A stretch of DNA of 64,000 nucleotides from an uncultured virus (IMG/VR IMGVR_UViG_3300035505_000652) (lineage: Duplodnaviria > Heunggongvirae > Uroviricota > Caudoviricetes): the IMG/VR virus record IMGVR_UViG_3300035505_000652; one strand, written 5' to 3'. A model generated the notes under the pieces. That model was not told the DNA's origin, searched no databases, and saw only the letters and a list, made by a program, of their open reading frames with translations. How positions within the stretch are numbered: the first letter of the stretch is position 1; the number at the start of each line of letters is the position of its first letter. Position numbers and translations under genes: made by a program. Positions 52,852 through 62,011 of the stretch are shown piece after piece.

Positions 52852-53508
52852 TTAAATTTTTGTAAATAAGCACATCTCGTCATAAACAGACAAGAAGCTG
52901 TTATTTAAATTTGTTTTGTTCTTCTTGTTTACAACCTCCAATATAGCCTTATCCAAATCTTCAATATTTGCGATAATGCAATGCTCATCCTTCTTTTGGA
53001 TTTTCTTTAAATATGCATTTGAATTAAATGCTATAACAGAGTACATTGGGATTTTTTCATTTAATTGGAATTGAACCCTCATCCAATTAATTGAAGCGTT
53101 TGTATCCATGACGGGGTTTTTAAACCTCTTTTTATGCTTTTTAAAGGGTTGCGTCCATTTCTTTCCATCACTTGAACCAGTCACCTTTCCTTCATAATCC
53201 AATACCTTAAACACAAATATGCCCATTGGATGGAACATTATCATGTCAACCCTTTTCAATCTATTGTTGGGATAGGTCTTGCAATTAAACAAGAACTTGG
53301 TGTTGTATTGGGTATACCCCTTTAATTTGTCATAAGCCAGATATATGCCCATTAAATTTTTTTGTTTTGACATTTGCTTATATGGGATATTCATTTCTTT
53401 AAAAAACATTGAATTATTGTAAGCTTCAATCTTCTTCTTTTTCTCAATATGCTTTTTAATAAAGATTACCAACATTAAAACAAGTATTATTATATACCAA
53501 AATTTCAC
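52852..53508 (-). CDS. membrane-anchored NERD-domain protein
   Basis: N-terminal TM; VDMIMFHPMGIFVF..YEG..W..FKNP. Confidence 0.7.
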   Translation of the reverse strand: MKFWYIIILVLMLVIFIKKHIEKKKKIEAYNNSMFFKEMNIPYKQMSKQKNLMGIYLAYDKLKGYTQYNTKFLFNCKTYPNNRLKRVDMIMFHPMGIFVFKVLDYEGKVTGSSDGKKWTQPFKKHKKRFKNPVMDTNASINWMRVQFQLNEKIPMYSVIAFNSNAYLKKIQKKDEHCIIANIEDLDKAILEVVNKKNKTNLNNSFLSVYDEMCLFTKI

Positions 53509-53964
53509 AAATTTCAACCTCCTTTTAAAAATCAATTATTTTATTATCAAACTTCAATTCACTTATATTCCTATATTTAACCATATATAAAATGAAAGGA
53601 AAATTAAGGGGATACAGAAATTTATGAGGTTCTTTTTTGTATCTTTAATTTCCTTCTTTTTATGTTTCAATTTTTACTTCTCATTATGCATTAAAAATAG
53701 CTTTTTAAATTTTTATTTAAAGGATAAATTCACATGGATGTGAATTTATGGACTGGTGGAAAATAAAAGAAGTTTGTAATACATATATTATTATATTTGT
53801 TTAAGGCTTTAAATTTTCCTTTAATTTGTTTAACAAAACAATTTTACCCCTTTATATTTCAAGCAAATTGCCATATAATTATTATAAGGGAATAAAGCAT
53901 ATAAAGGATTATATATGGTTTTGTCCAAAAAAATATAATGTAATTTTTGAAAGGAGAATAATTC

Positions 53965-55029
53965 ATGAATGATTATTTTTTAATAATTGATGGAAGCAGC
54001 CTTTTGGCTTCATCATATTTTGGCATTTTGCCGCCACAGCTTAAAAATCCAAAACTATCTGAGGAGGAGGCTAAGAAATTTTATCCAAGGATAATGCACA
54101 CTACAGACGGCAAGTACACAAATGCAATTTTTGGCTTTACAAAGACACTCTTAAACATACTTACAACCCAAAATCCAAAGTACATAGTGGTGAATTGGGA
54201 TGAACATAGAAACACTACTTTTAGGAAGAAGCTTTATCCTGATTATAAGGGTACAAGGAAGCCTACGCCTGAACCGTTAAGGGAGCAGAAGGAAACAATA
54301 ATGAAGATGCTTGCATTTATAGGCATCCAGCAATTCAAATCTCCAGAATTTGAAGCAGATGATTTTGCCGGGACGCTTGCAAAAAAGTATGAGGATGAAA
54401 CTTATATAAGGATACTCACAAAAGACAGGGACCATCTACAGCTAGTGGATGACAAGACCAATGTATGGCTTACATTCACAGTTGATAAGGAAGGTTTTTC
54501 AACCCAAGTTGATGAATTGAATGCAAAATTTAATATAGATGCATCAAGCTTGGAAATTCCAAACAATGTGTTTGAAGTCACAAAAGATTTGGTCAAGCCG
54601 TTTTATGGAGTTGAGGCAAGCGGAGTTGTTGATTTAAAGGCATTGATGGGAGACACCGCGGACAATATTCCAGGGGTAAAGGGTATCGGGGAAAAGACCG
54701 CCAATATATTAGTGGATAAGTTTAAGACGATAGAAAACCTTTATGGGTATATTGAAGGCAACAATGAAGAGGATGTCTGTGCATATTTCAAGGAATGCGG
54801 AATCAAGTCTTCAAAAAAGGTTTATTCAGTTTTGACTGCCAAGGATAATAATGGCATTGCCGGCAAGGAAGCAGCTTTGTTAAGCAAGCAGCTTGCGACC
54901 ATAAAAACCGATATCAATCTGGGAGAGCTTCCATTGGAGGTGTTTGAAACCAAAATCAATGAGGACAATCTTATTACTTCATTGAAGAGGCTTCAATTTA
55001 ACTCCCTGTTGAATTATTATAACAATTAA
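53965..55029 (+). CDS. 5'-3' exonuclease (stand-alone PolA N-terminal domain)
   Basis: IIDGSS, FRKKLYPDYKGTR, FEADD, KDRD, GDTADNIPGVKGIGEKTA. Confidence 0.92.
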   Translation: MNDYFLIIDGSSLLASSYFGILPPQLKNPKLSEEEAKKFYPRIMHTTDGKYTNAIFGFTKTLLNILTTQNPKYIVVNWDEHRNTTFRKKLYPDYKGTRKPTPEPLREQKETIMKMLAFIGIQQFKSPEFEADDFAGTLAKKYEDETYIRILTKDRDHLQLVDDKTNVWLTFTVDKEGFSTQVDELNAKFNIDASSLEIPNNVFEVTKDLVKPFYGVEASGVVDLKALMGDTADNIPGVKGIGEKTANILVDKFKTIENLYGYIEGNNEEDVCAYFKECGIKSSKKVYSVLTAKDNNGIAGKEAALLSKQLATIKTDINLGELPLEVFETKINEDNLITSLKRLQFNSLLNYYNN

Positions 55030-55078
55030 AAGCAAAAGAACCTTTCAAAAACGAAAGGTTCTTTTTTAGAAACAAACA

Positions 55079-55504
55079 TCAAAGTGTGAACATCAATACC
55101 AAGAATATTATCACCATTATAATCTCAATAATCCAGATGGCAACTTTGCCTTTTTTGTAAATGTTTTCATTCACGACATGGAACTCCAAGTAATGTCCAA
55201 GCCATCCAAATCCAGCTACTATTACAGCCGCAATGCCTATATAGTAAAGCATGATTGTCGGTATGCCTACCTCTATAGAGTTTTTTATAACGTGCTGCTG
55301 CCAATATACCAAGACAAAGGCTATAAAGCTTGTCAGGACCTGCACGTTGCAGGATTTTTGTTTCCTGTATTCATAAAATATTTGGTTCATTCTTTCTAAA
55401 TCTTCATCAATATTTTTCTTGTCATCTTTTGAAAGAGTTTTTAGCACATCCCCTACAACATCATTGATGTCAGGGGAGGCATTATTCTTGTGTTTCTTCG
55501 CCAT
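55079..55504 (-). CDS. membrane protein
   Basis: AAGGAG RBS; 3 TM segments; overlaps the PBP gene end. Confidence 0.7.
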   Translation of the reverse strand: MAKKHKNNASPDINDVVGDVLKTLSKDDKKNIDEDLERMNQIFYEYRKQKSCNVQVLTSFIAFVLVYWQQHVIKNSIEVGIPTIMLYYIGIAAVIVAGFGWLGHYLEFHVVNENIYKKGKVAIWIIEIIMVIIFLVLMFTL

Positions 55505-58004
55505 AATAATCTCCTTCATAATAATCATTTGCTTCATTGTAGTCTTCATATCCGTCATCCACATCAACTTGTGGATTGAATATCGACTGCCATATATCAT
55601 TATCAGAGTTTTCCTCATTGTATGTTATAAGAGACATTTGGTTTTCAAAACTCTTCTTTAATGACTTGTATTGGCCTAAGTAGTCATCATAGACTGTAGT
55701 GTTTTTGATTTTTTCAATCGCATTCAACGTATCATCAAGCATATTGTTAAGGTCTTCAAATTGGGAACTCTTTTGCAAGTTGAAATTCTTTAATTTTTCA
55801 ATATAGCTTGCTGCAAGCTCCTCCCTTGCAAGCTCTTCATCCTCGCTTAACCCGTCTTCTATTATATAGGATATGCCGTTCAACCTATCCTGTATCTTTA
55901 ATATTTCATTGCTTTTTCTGTCAAGTTCCTCGTCAACCCTTTCTTTTCTAAGGTTTTCCTTGGCTTCAATAACATAGCTTAAATTGCCGCTTTCTGATAT
56001 TTCAACGCTGTCAGGAATTGTAAAATCTATTTCCTCCAAGCCTTCATGGAGATAGTTCATCATGGTTTGGAATATCTTTCCCTGTGCGGTCATATGGCTT
56101 TGTGAGGAAGGAGTATCATCGCCGACCCACACAGACATTGAATAATAGGGAGAGCATCCGCAAATCCAAACATCCTTGCTGTCATTGGTAGTACCAGTCT
56201 TGGCTGCCATATATTTATATGTAGGCCTGTATGACTTACCAGTACCAGATATTAAAACACCCTTCATACAGTCAATCATCAAGTATGCAGCGCCCTCGTC
56301 ATAAACTTGAACCGTTGTTTGTTGGTTTTCATACACGATTGAACCGTCGCTTACTTTTACAATTTTATAAATATTGGTTGGCTCTATATATGCGCCGTTT
56401 CTTGCCAATGCTGAATATGCAGAACTCATTTCCAAGGTATTCGTTCCATACTTGAAGCCGCCTACGGCGATGATTGGAGAATCTTTGTCGCTTGAATCCA
56501 AATATCTAAAATGCATGGTCGCAAGCTTGTTTATTCCTACGGTGGGTGTTACTATCTCGCACATTTTGTATGCTATCGTGTTGATACTCTTTTCAACAGC
56601 GTATCTTAATGAAACAATTCCAGAATAGCCTCCGCCTGCATTTTTAGGACCGTCTTTGATATATTCATCATTCATCTTGTCGCTTGGAGTGTAACCTAAC
56701 TCAAATGCAGGAGTGTATACTATCAATGGCTTTATTGAAGAACCAGGTTGTCTTGCTGACAGGTAAGCCCTGTTATAGCTGTTTACCACATCGCTTTGGC
56801 TTCTGCCTCCAACTATGGCCGCAACCATTCCAGTTGAATTGTCTATAACAGTTGCAGATGCCTGTTTTTTATATAATCCAGTACTTTCATTTGTTGCCGT
56901 ATATAATGACATTTGGGCATCAACTATTGATTGGAGTTTGTCCTGTAATTCTGGGTCTATGCATGTATAAATTTCATATCCGCCAGATATAAGTTCAGAC
57001 CTTGCATTGCCATATTCCTCGCTGTATAAATCCCAATATGTGCTTCTTTCATCATCTGAAGAGAAGTTATAAACGAATTGGAAGCCGTTTATCTTCATAA
57101 TCTCCTCAACAGCTTTGTGTACCGCATAGCTTTGGGCGTAATCAGACACGTCATTGTTTAAATATACTGTCTTTTTATTTAAGACAATCTCCCTGTCTTT
57201 TTCCGTCTCATACTCCTCTTTGGTCAGCATACCCAAGTCATACATTTCTTTAAGGATGATATTCTTCCTTTCAATCGTATTGTCATAGTTTGTCAAAGGG
57301 TTGTATTTAGAAGGGTTGTTTGGGATTGCGGTAATAAATGCAATCTCTGCCACAGTCAAATCATTGTTGTTCTTTTGGAAATAATATTCTGACGCACTCT
57401 CAAAGCTGTAACATCCATTTGCATAGTTTACATTGTTTGTATAAAATTCCAAGATTTGTTCCTTGGTATAAATCTTTTCCAATTCTTGGGAGATTACTGC
57501 TTCTGAAACCTTCCTCCAAACAGTAGCCTCGCTTGTAAGGTATATATTCTTGACAAGCTGTTGGGTTATGGTTGAACCTCCTTGGGAGTTTCCAAGGAGC
57601 ACTGTAGTGTAAATACCTCTAGCAAAGCCTTTTAAATCAAAACCTTTATGCTGGTAATACCTCTTATCCTCTATAGCTATCAATGCATTGAATACATTTA
57701 TATTTGTATCTTCATATTTGCAATAAATATAGTCATTGGTTTGAAACTCTTTTAAGACATTCCCATCCTTGTCATATAAAACCGTTGCATATCTGGTATT
57801 AAAATCATCATCACTTATCGTTGAAACTATATCATAGCCTTTTTGGATGCTTGCGCTCAAATCATCTTTAATCTTGTCATAGATTATTGTGCAGGCTATT
57901 ACCCCGACAAACAAGCATATGATTAGAACCATGACAATGAACTTTATAACCTTGAATATAAAACTTCGTTCTATCTTATTCCTTCTTCTTGGTATCTTGA
58001 ACAT
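55482..58004 (-). CDS. class A penicillin-binding protein (PBP1A family)
   Basis: EDKRYYQH, GGSTITQQL, SSIK (SxxK), SIN, KTGT. Confidence 0.95.
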   Translation of the reverse strand: MFKIPRRRNKIERSFIFKVIKFIVMVLIICLFVGVIACTIIYDKIKDDLSASIQKGYDIVSTISDDDFNTRYATVLYDKDGNVLKEFQTNDYIYCKYEDTNINVFNALIAIEDKRYYQHKGFDLKGFARGIYTTVLLGNSQGGSTITQQLVKNIYLTSEATVWRKVSEAVISQELEKIYTKEQILEFYTNNVNYANGCYSFESASEYYFQKNNNDLTVAEIAFITAIPNNPSKYNPLTNYDNTIERKNIILKEMYDLGMLTKEEYETEKDREIVLNKKTVYLNNDVSDYAQSYAVHKAVEEIMKINGFQFVYNFSSDDERSTYWDLYSEEYGNARSELISGGYEIYTCIDPELQDKLQSIVDAQMSLYTATNESTGLYKKQASATVIDNSTGMVAAIVGGRSQSDVVNSYNRAYLSARQPGSSIKPLIVYTPAFELGYTPSDKMNDEYIKDGPKNAGGGYSGIVSLRYAVEKSINTIAYKMCEIVTPTVGINKLATMHFRYLDSSDKDSPIIAVGGFKYGTNTLEMSSAYSALARNGAYIEPTNIYKIVKVSDGSIVYENQQTTVQVYDEGAAYLMIDCMKGVLISGTGKSYRPTYKYMAAKTGTTNDSKDVWICGCSPYYSMSVWVGDDTPSSQSHMTAQGKIFQTMMNYLHEGLEEIDFTIPDSVEISESGNLSYVIEAKENLRKERVDEELDRKSNEILKIQDRLNGISYIIEDGLSEDEELAREELAASYIEKLKNFNLQKSSQFEDLNNMLDDTLNAIEKIKNTTVYDDYLGQYKSLKKSFENQMSLITYNEENSDNDIWQSIFNPQVDVDDGYEDYNEANDYYEGDYYGEETQE

Positions 58005-58214
58005 ATTGCATTCTCCTTATTTTCATATCTTCTAGTATTTTACCATTTTTTTTGATTATTTGCAATAGCAAAGTTGGATTAAAAGCATAAAATTTTCTTA
58101 TGCTAAAAATTTTTAATCCCTTATCCTTCCTTGATTTTTTAATTCATTATTCTTTTTCTTTTCAAAATTTATTTCCTTTGGAATATGAAAAGAGTATTAG
58201 AGGCTTCAGATTAA

Positions 58215-58475
58215 TGGATAAATTCTCATGAATGAGAATTTATGGGATTTTAAAGGTAGTTGAAAGGTTTGTTTCCATACAAGCCAAGACATATATGCTT
58301 GCTTTGGAAATATTACTTAAATCAAACTGGTAATTTTGGATTTTCATACAATCCAAGGCATATATTCTTGTCTTCAAAATATTACTTAAATCAAGGTGGT
58401 AATTTTAAATTCATGGAAATGCAACAATAAATCCCTTTTTTGTTTTTATCAATATTCCCAGAGGGAATATTCCTT
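58215..58475 (+). repeat. composite spacer: palindrome A, two family-B units, palindrome C
   Basis: 58218; 58316 and 58385; 58451. Confidence 0.85.
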
Positions 58476-58670
58476 TAAAAAATAAAAATTCTTACATTCC
58501 TTTTTCTCTCTTTATTCCCTTAATCCCTTTTTACAACCAAATAAACCTCCTTACATTTCCAACTTTTTTTTGTTTTAATATTGAAAAATAATGTGGGAAA
58601 TGTTAAGATTGAAATATAATGAATAAATAAACAATTAAAAAAAATAGAAATGATATAAAGGAGAATTTTT

Positions 58671-59954
58671 ATGAGGATGAGAAATTTTGTTTTAGCCCTT
58701 GTATTGACAGTTCCATTGATTGGATGCGGAACAAATGCACAAGGGATGGTTGAAACTCCAAAGGAAAGTGTTGTTGAAAGCAACATATTGGAAACAGAAA
58801 CATATTCCAATACAATGACTTCCATTGAAGAGGCTTACATGGAAGAAACCAATACAGAAGAAGAGATAATTGAGAGTGAAGAATCAAGTATAGAGCCAAT
58901 TGAGGAAACATATGAATTGTCATTGATTGCAGTGGGGGATAACTTGATACATAGCCCCATATATAAGAAGGCATGGAATGGAAACACATATGATTTCACC
59001 CCCATGTACTCCAATATAAAAGATACAATCCAATCATATGATTTGGCAGTTATCAATCAAGAAACCATATTTGTTGATGATTATAGCAACATTAGTTCAT
59101 ATCCTTGTTTTGGAACTCCTTCAAGCATGGGTGAAGCTATAATGGATACAGGCTTCAATGTAGTGCTCAGTGCCACTAACCATACTTGGGACAAAGGCAA
59201 GACAGGGTATAGGAACACTTTGGATTATTGGAAGAATTACCCCCAAATTACTTTGTTAGGCTTAAATGAAAATGAAGAGGATTATAACACTATAAATATA
59301 GTAGAGAAGAATAACTTTAAAATAGCCATGTTCAACTACACTTATGGATTAAATGGGTTTACCCTTCCAAGCGATATGCCTTATGCAGTCAATTTGTTGG
59401 ATAACAAGGAAAAGTTTTTAAATGATGTGGAAAGCATTGAAGATGAAGTTGACTTGACAATGTGCTTCCTACATATTGGAACTGAATACACATACACGCC
59501 TACAACATACCAAGTCAATTACATAAATGATTTGATAGATGCCGGCGCAGATATAATCATATGCGCACATCCCCATGTTGTCGAGCCTTATGGCAAGGTG
59601 ACAACACCTAATGGAAATACAGGTCTTGTTTATTACTCATGTGGAAATTTCATTTCAAACCAAAATGAGGTTGACAGGGTTTTGGGCGGAATGGCTTCCA
59701 TTAATCTATCCAAGACGGTTATAAATGGAGAAGTTGAAGATGTGTCAATAGATGATTATGATTTCATTCCAATAGTCACCCATTACAACAGCAAAGTTCA
59801 TTCCATATATAAATTGGAAGATTATACAGAAGAATTGGCGGCAACGCATACCTTAAGAAGCAAAGGATTGTCTGTAGACAAATTATGGAGCATTTGGTAC
59901 AAGATAGTAGGCTATCCTGATGAACAGGAAACCTTGACAGAGGATGGGCTATGA
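58671..59954 (+). CDS. CapA-family lipoprotein
   Basis: LIGC lipobox; VGDNLIH, NQET, ATNHTWD, HPHV, YSCGNF. Confidence 0.9.
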   Translation: MRMRNFVLALVLTVPLIGCGTNAQGMVETPKESVVESNILETETYSNTMTSIEEAYMEETNTEEEIIESEESSIEPIEETYELSLIAVGDNLIHSPIYKKAWNGNTYDFTPMYSNIKDTIQSYDLAVINQETIFVDDYSNISSYPCFGTPSSMGEAIMDTGFNVVLSATNHTWDKGKTGYRNTLDYWKNYPQITLLGLNENEEDYNTINIVEKNNFKIAMFNYTYGLNGFTLPSDMPYAVNLLDNKEKFLNDVESIEDEVDLTMCFLHIGTEYTYTPTTYQVNYINDLIDAGADIIICAHPHVVEPYGKVTTPNGNTGLVYYSCGNFISNQNEVDRVLGGMASINLSKTVINGEVEDVSIDDYDFIPIVTHYNSKVHSIYKLEDYTEELAATHTLRSKGLSVDKLWSIWYKIVGYPDEQETLTEDGL

Positions 59955-60004
59955 AAACAAAAAGAAGATGTTTAAAAAAACATCTTCTTTATTTTTTTAT
60001 TTAA

Positions 60005-60928
60005 TTATCTAATCAAGCCGACACTTTTGGCTTTGTTAAGCCATTCTGGATATTCTCCAAGAAGCCTTCCATACAAGTCATTGTCAGACAATCTTGTTAA
60101 ATCGTTTACAGAGAAGAAGTTTGCATTGTCGATATATCTTCCCTCCATGGTATCCAATTGCTTCAAGTATTTGAAGTTTGAGCTTCCAATGCCTACAAAC
60201 TGCCAAAAGATAGGGTATCTTGAAATGTCTGTAATAACCCTTGTCGTTTGGGCTTTATCTGAATTGTCGCCATCCGTAATAAATAATACAAGTGTTGGGA
60301 TTGCAGCAGGCTCTTCAATAATGTATTTTTTGTAAATATCCTGCATTACTGGAGCATACTCTGTCCCGCCCATGTAAAATCTTTGCGTCAATTGGTTGTT
60401 GTTGATGTAATTGTAAAAATTGTTTAATGAAATGTCTGGTATCCTATGGAAGTCATTTGAGAACACCCATGCCTCCATTACACCGTTATCATCAAATTGC
60501 ATTGCGACAGGAAGAAGCCTTTCAATTACCTGTTGTACTTTGCCGCTTGCATAGAGTCCAGACATGGAACCGCTTATATCCATAACCATGCATACCCTTG
60601 AAATAAGCCCGTTCAACTCTTTCTTTTCCAAGCAAAGGCTTTGGATTGACTGCTTGCTTAAATTCAATTGTTGGATTCTCTGCTCCTTATCAAGGTTTAA
60701 TGATTGGATGTTGCTTTGATTAAGGGTATTGTTATACCCGTTTTGGTTTGGATAATTGTTATACCCATTTTGGTTTGGATAGTTATTGTATCCATTATTG
60801 TAGTTATTTTGGTTTGGATAATTGTTATATCCATTTTGGTTTGGATAGCCATTATAGTTGTTTCCCATATTGTTGGGATATTGCTGTTGACCAGTCAAGC
60901 CATTTAAAAGTTTATCAAGAAATCCCAT
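60005..60928 (-). CDS. vWA-domain (TerF-like) protein with N-terminal YPNQNGYNN repeats
   Basis: MIDAS DISGSM, GGTEYAP, FITDG, FWQFVGIG, DNANFF. Confidence 0.85.
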   Translation of the reverse strand: MGFLDKLLNGLTGQQQYPNNMGNNYNGYPNQNGYNNYPNQNNYNNGYNNYPNQNGYNNYPNQNGYNNTLNQSNIQSLNLDKEQRIQQLNLSKQSIQSLCLEKKELNGLISRVCMVMDISGSMSGLYASGKVQQVIERLLPVAMQFDDNGVMEAWVFSNDFHRIPDISLNNFYNYINNNQLTQRFYMGGTEYAPVMQDIYKKYIIEEPAAIPTLVLFITDGDNSDKAQTTRVITDISRYPIFWQFVGIGSSNFKYLKQLDTMEGRYIDNANFFSVNDLTRLSDNDLYGRLLGEYPEWLNKAKSVGLIR

Positions 60929-60929
60929 A

Positions 60930-61865
60930 TTATTGTACCTCCAAACTTTCTTCTTCAACTATTGCTTCACTTAAAATCTCGCTTTCAACTTCTTGTGTTG
61001 AACTTTCTTCAACGCTTGTTTCTACTTCTTTTGTTTCATTGGTTTCATAAGACGTGGATTTGCTGGTAGAATTTGGTTTTACTACCTCTATGCTTTCAAT
61101 CTCAAAATCATAGCCAAGCTGGTCAAGCAATTCCTCATTTTCAACAGCCCTTCCAAGAACAATGCATCTTTGATAGAGTGCCATGTTCCCGCCATACTTT
61201 GCAAGGTATTCAAGATATGAAGTATCCACATCACTTTGAAGGTCTGTATCTGTTACTTCAATCTCATCAAGGCATATGTAGAAATTATTGCTGCTGTACA
61301 ATGTCTGGTATATGCAATACTTCATAGGATAGACTTCATCAACTTGTTCCTCTCTATTGTATACCCTGTCTGTTGTGACGAAATACCATCTTGCTCTGTC
61401 AGCATTCCTTCTTGTATCAGTCTTTTCATAACTGTACTTGTATGCTATCTTTGTGCCATCCTCAACCAATTGATAAAACCAAGCTGTTGCCTTTGGTGCG
61501 GTATCATCATACATTTTAAATGTTACAGTTCCAAGACCTTTGAATTTTATCTTAACCAAGGTATCCCCATCTTCTACGGTTGTCTGATATTTTTCATTGA
61601 CCATAAAAGCAGAAAAGGCTTCATCAATTTCATCCATCTCATCATCTGTAAATGATACAACTCCGCTGTATACGGTCTCTGGCACGTCAGCAACCTCTAT
61701 ATCGCTTGAAGATGTTTCAATCTCTGTGCTGGTTTCAGTCTCATCATCAATGACATCATTATTTGTATTGGTTTCATCTTTTCTTAAAACCATAGCTAAT
61801 ATAACCACTCCAGCCAAAAGGATTGTGGCAAAAAAGGTTATTAGTTTATTTTCTTTTTTGGACAT
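60930..61865 (-). CDS. membrane-anchored, degenerate cyclophilin-like protein
   Basis: GTVTFKMYDDTAPKA..F and GGNMALYQRCIVLGRAVE echo the two ends of the cyclophilin fold. Confidence 0.5.
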   Translation of the reverse strand: MSKKENKLITFFATILLAGVVILAMVLRKDETNTNNDVIDDETETSTEIETSSSDIEVADVPETVYSGVVSFTDDEMDEIDEAFSAFMVNEKYQTTVEDGDTLVKIKFKGLGTVTFKMYDDTAPKATAWFYQLVEDGTKIAYKYSYEKTDTRRNADRARWYFVTTDRVYNREEQVDEVYPMKYCIYQTLYSSNNFYICLDEIEVTDTDLQSDVDTSYLEYLAKYGGNMALYQRCIVLGRAVENEELLDQLGYDFEIESIEVVKPNSTSKSTSYETNETKEVETSVEESSTQEVESEILSEAIVEEESLEVQ

Positions 61866-62011
61866 TATCTATTTTTCCCTCCAATCTTGGTTTAATTATA
61901 ACAAAAATTTAAAAATTTAAAAAGTCCATATTTGTATTATATGCAAATATTATTTTTAATAGTTATTATTTTTGGTTGAAAAATATTTTTAAAATGATAT
62001 AATAAATTATA

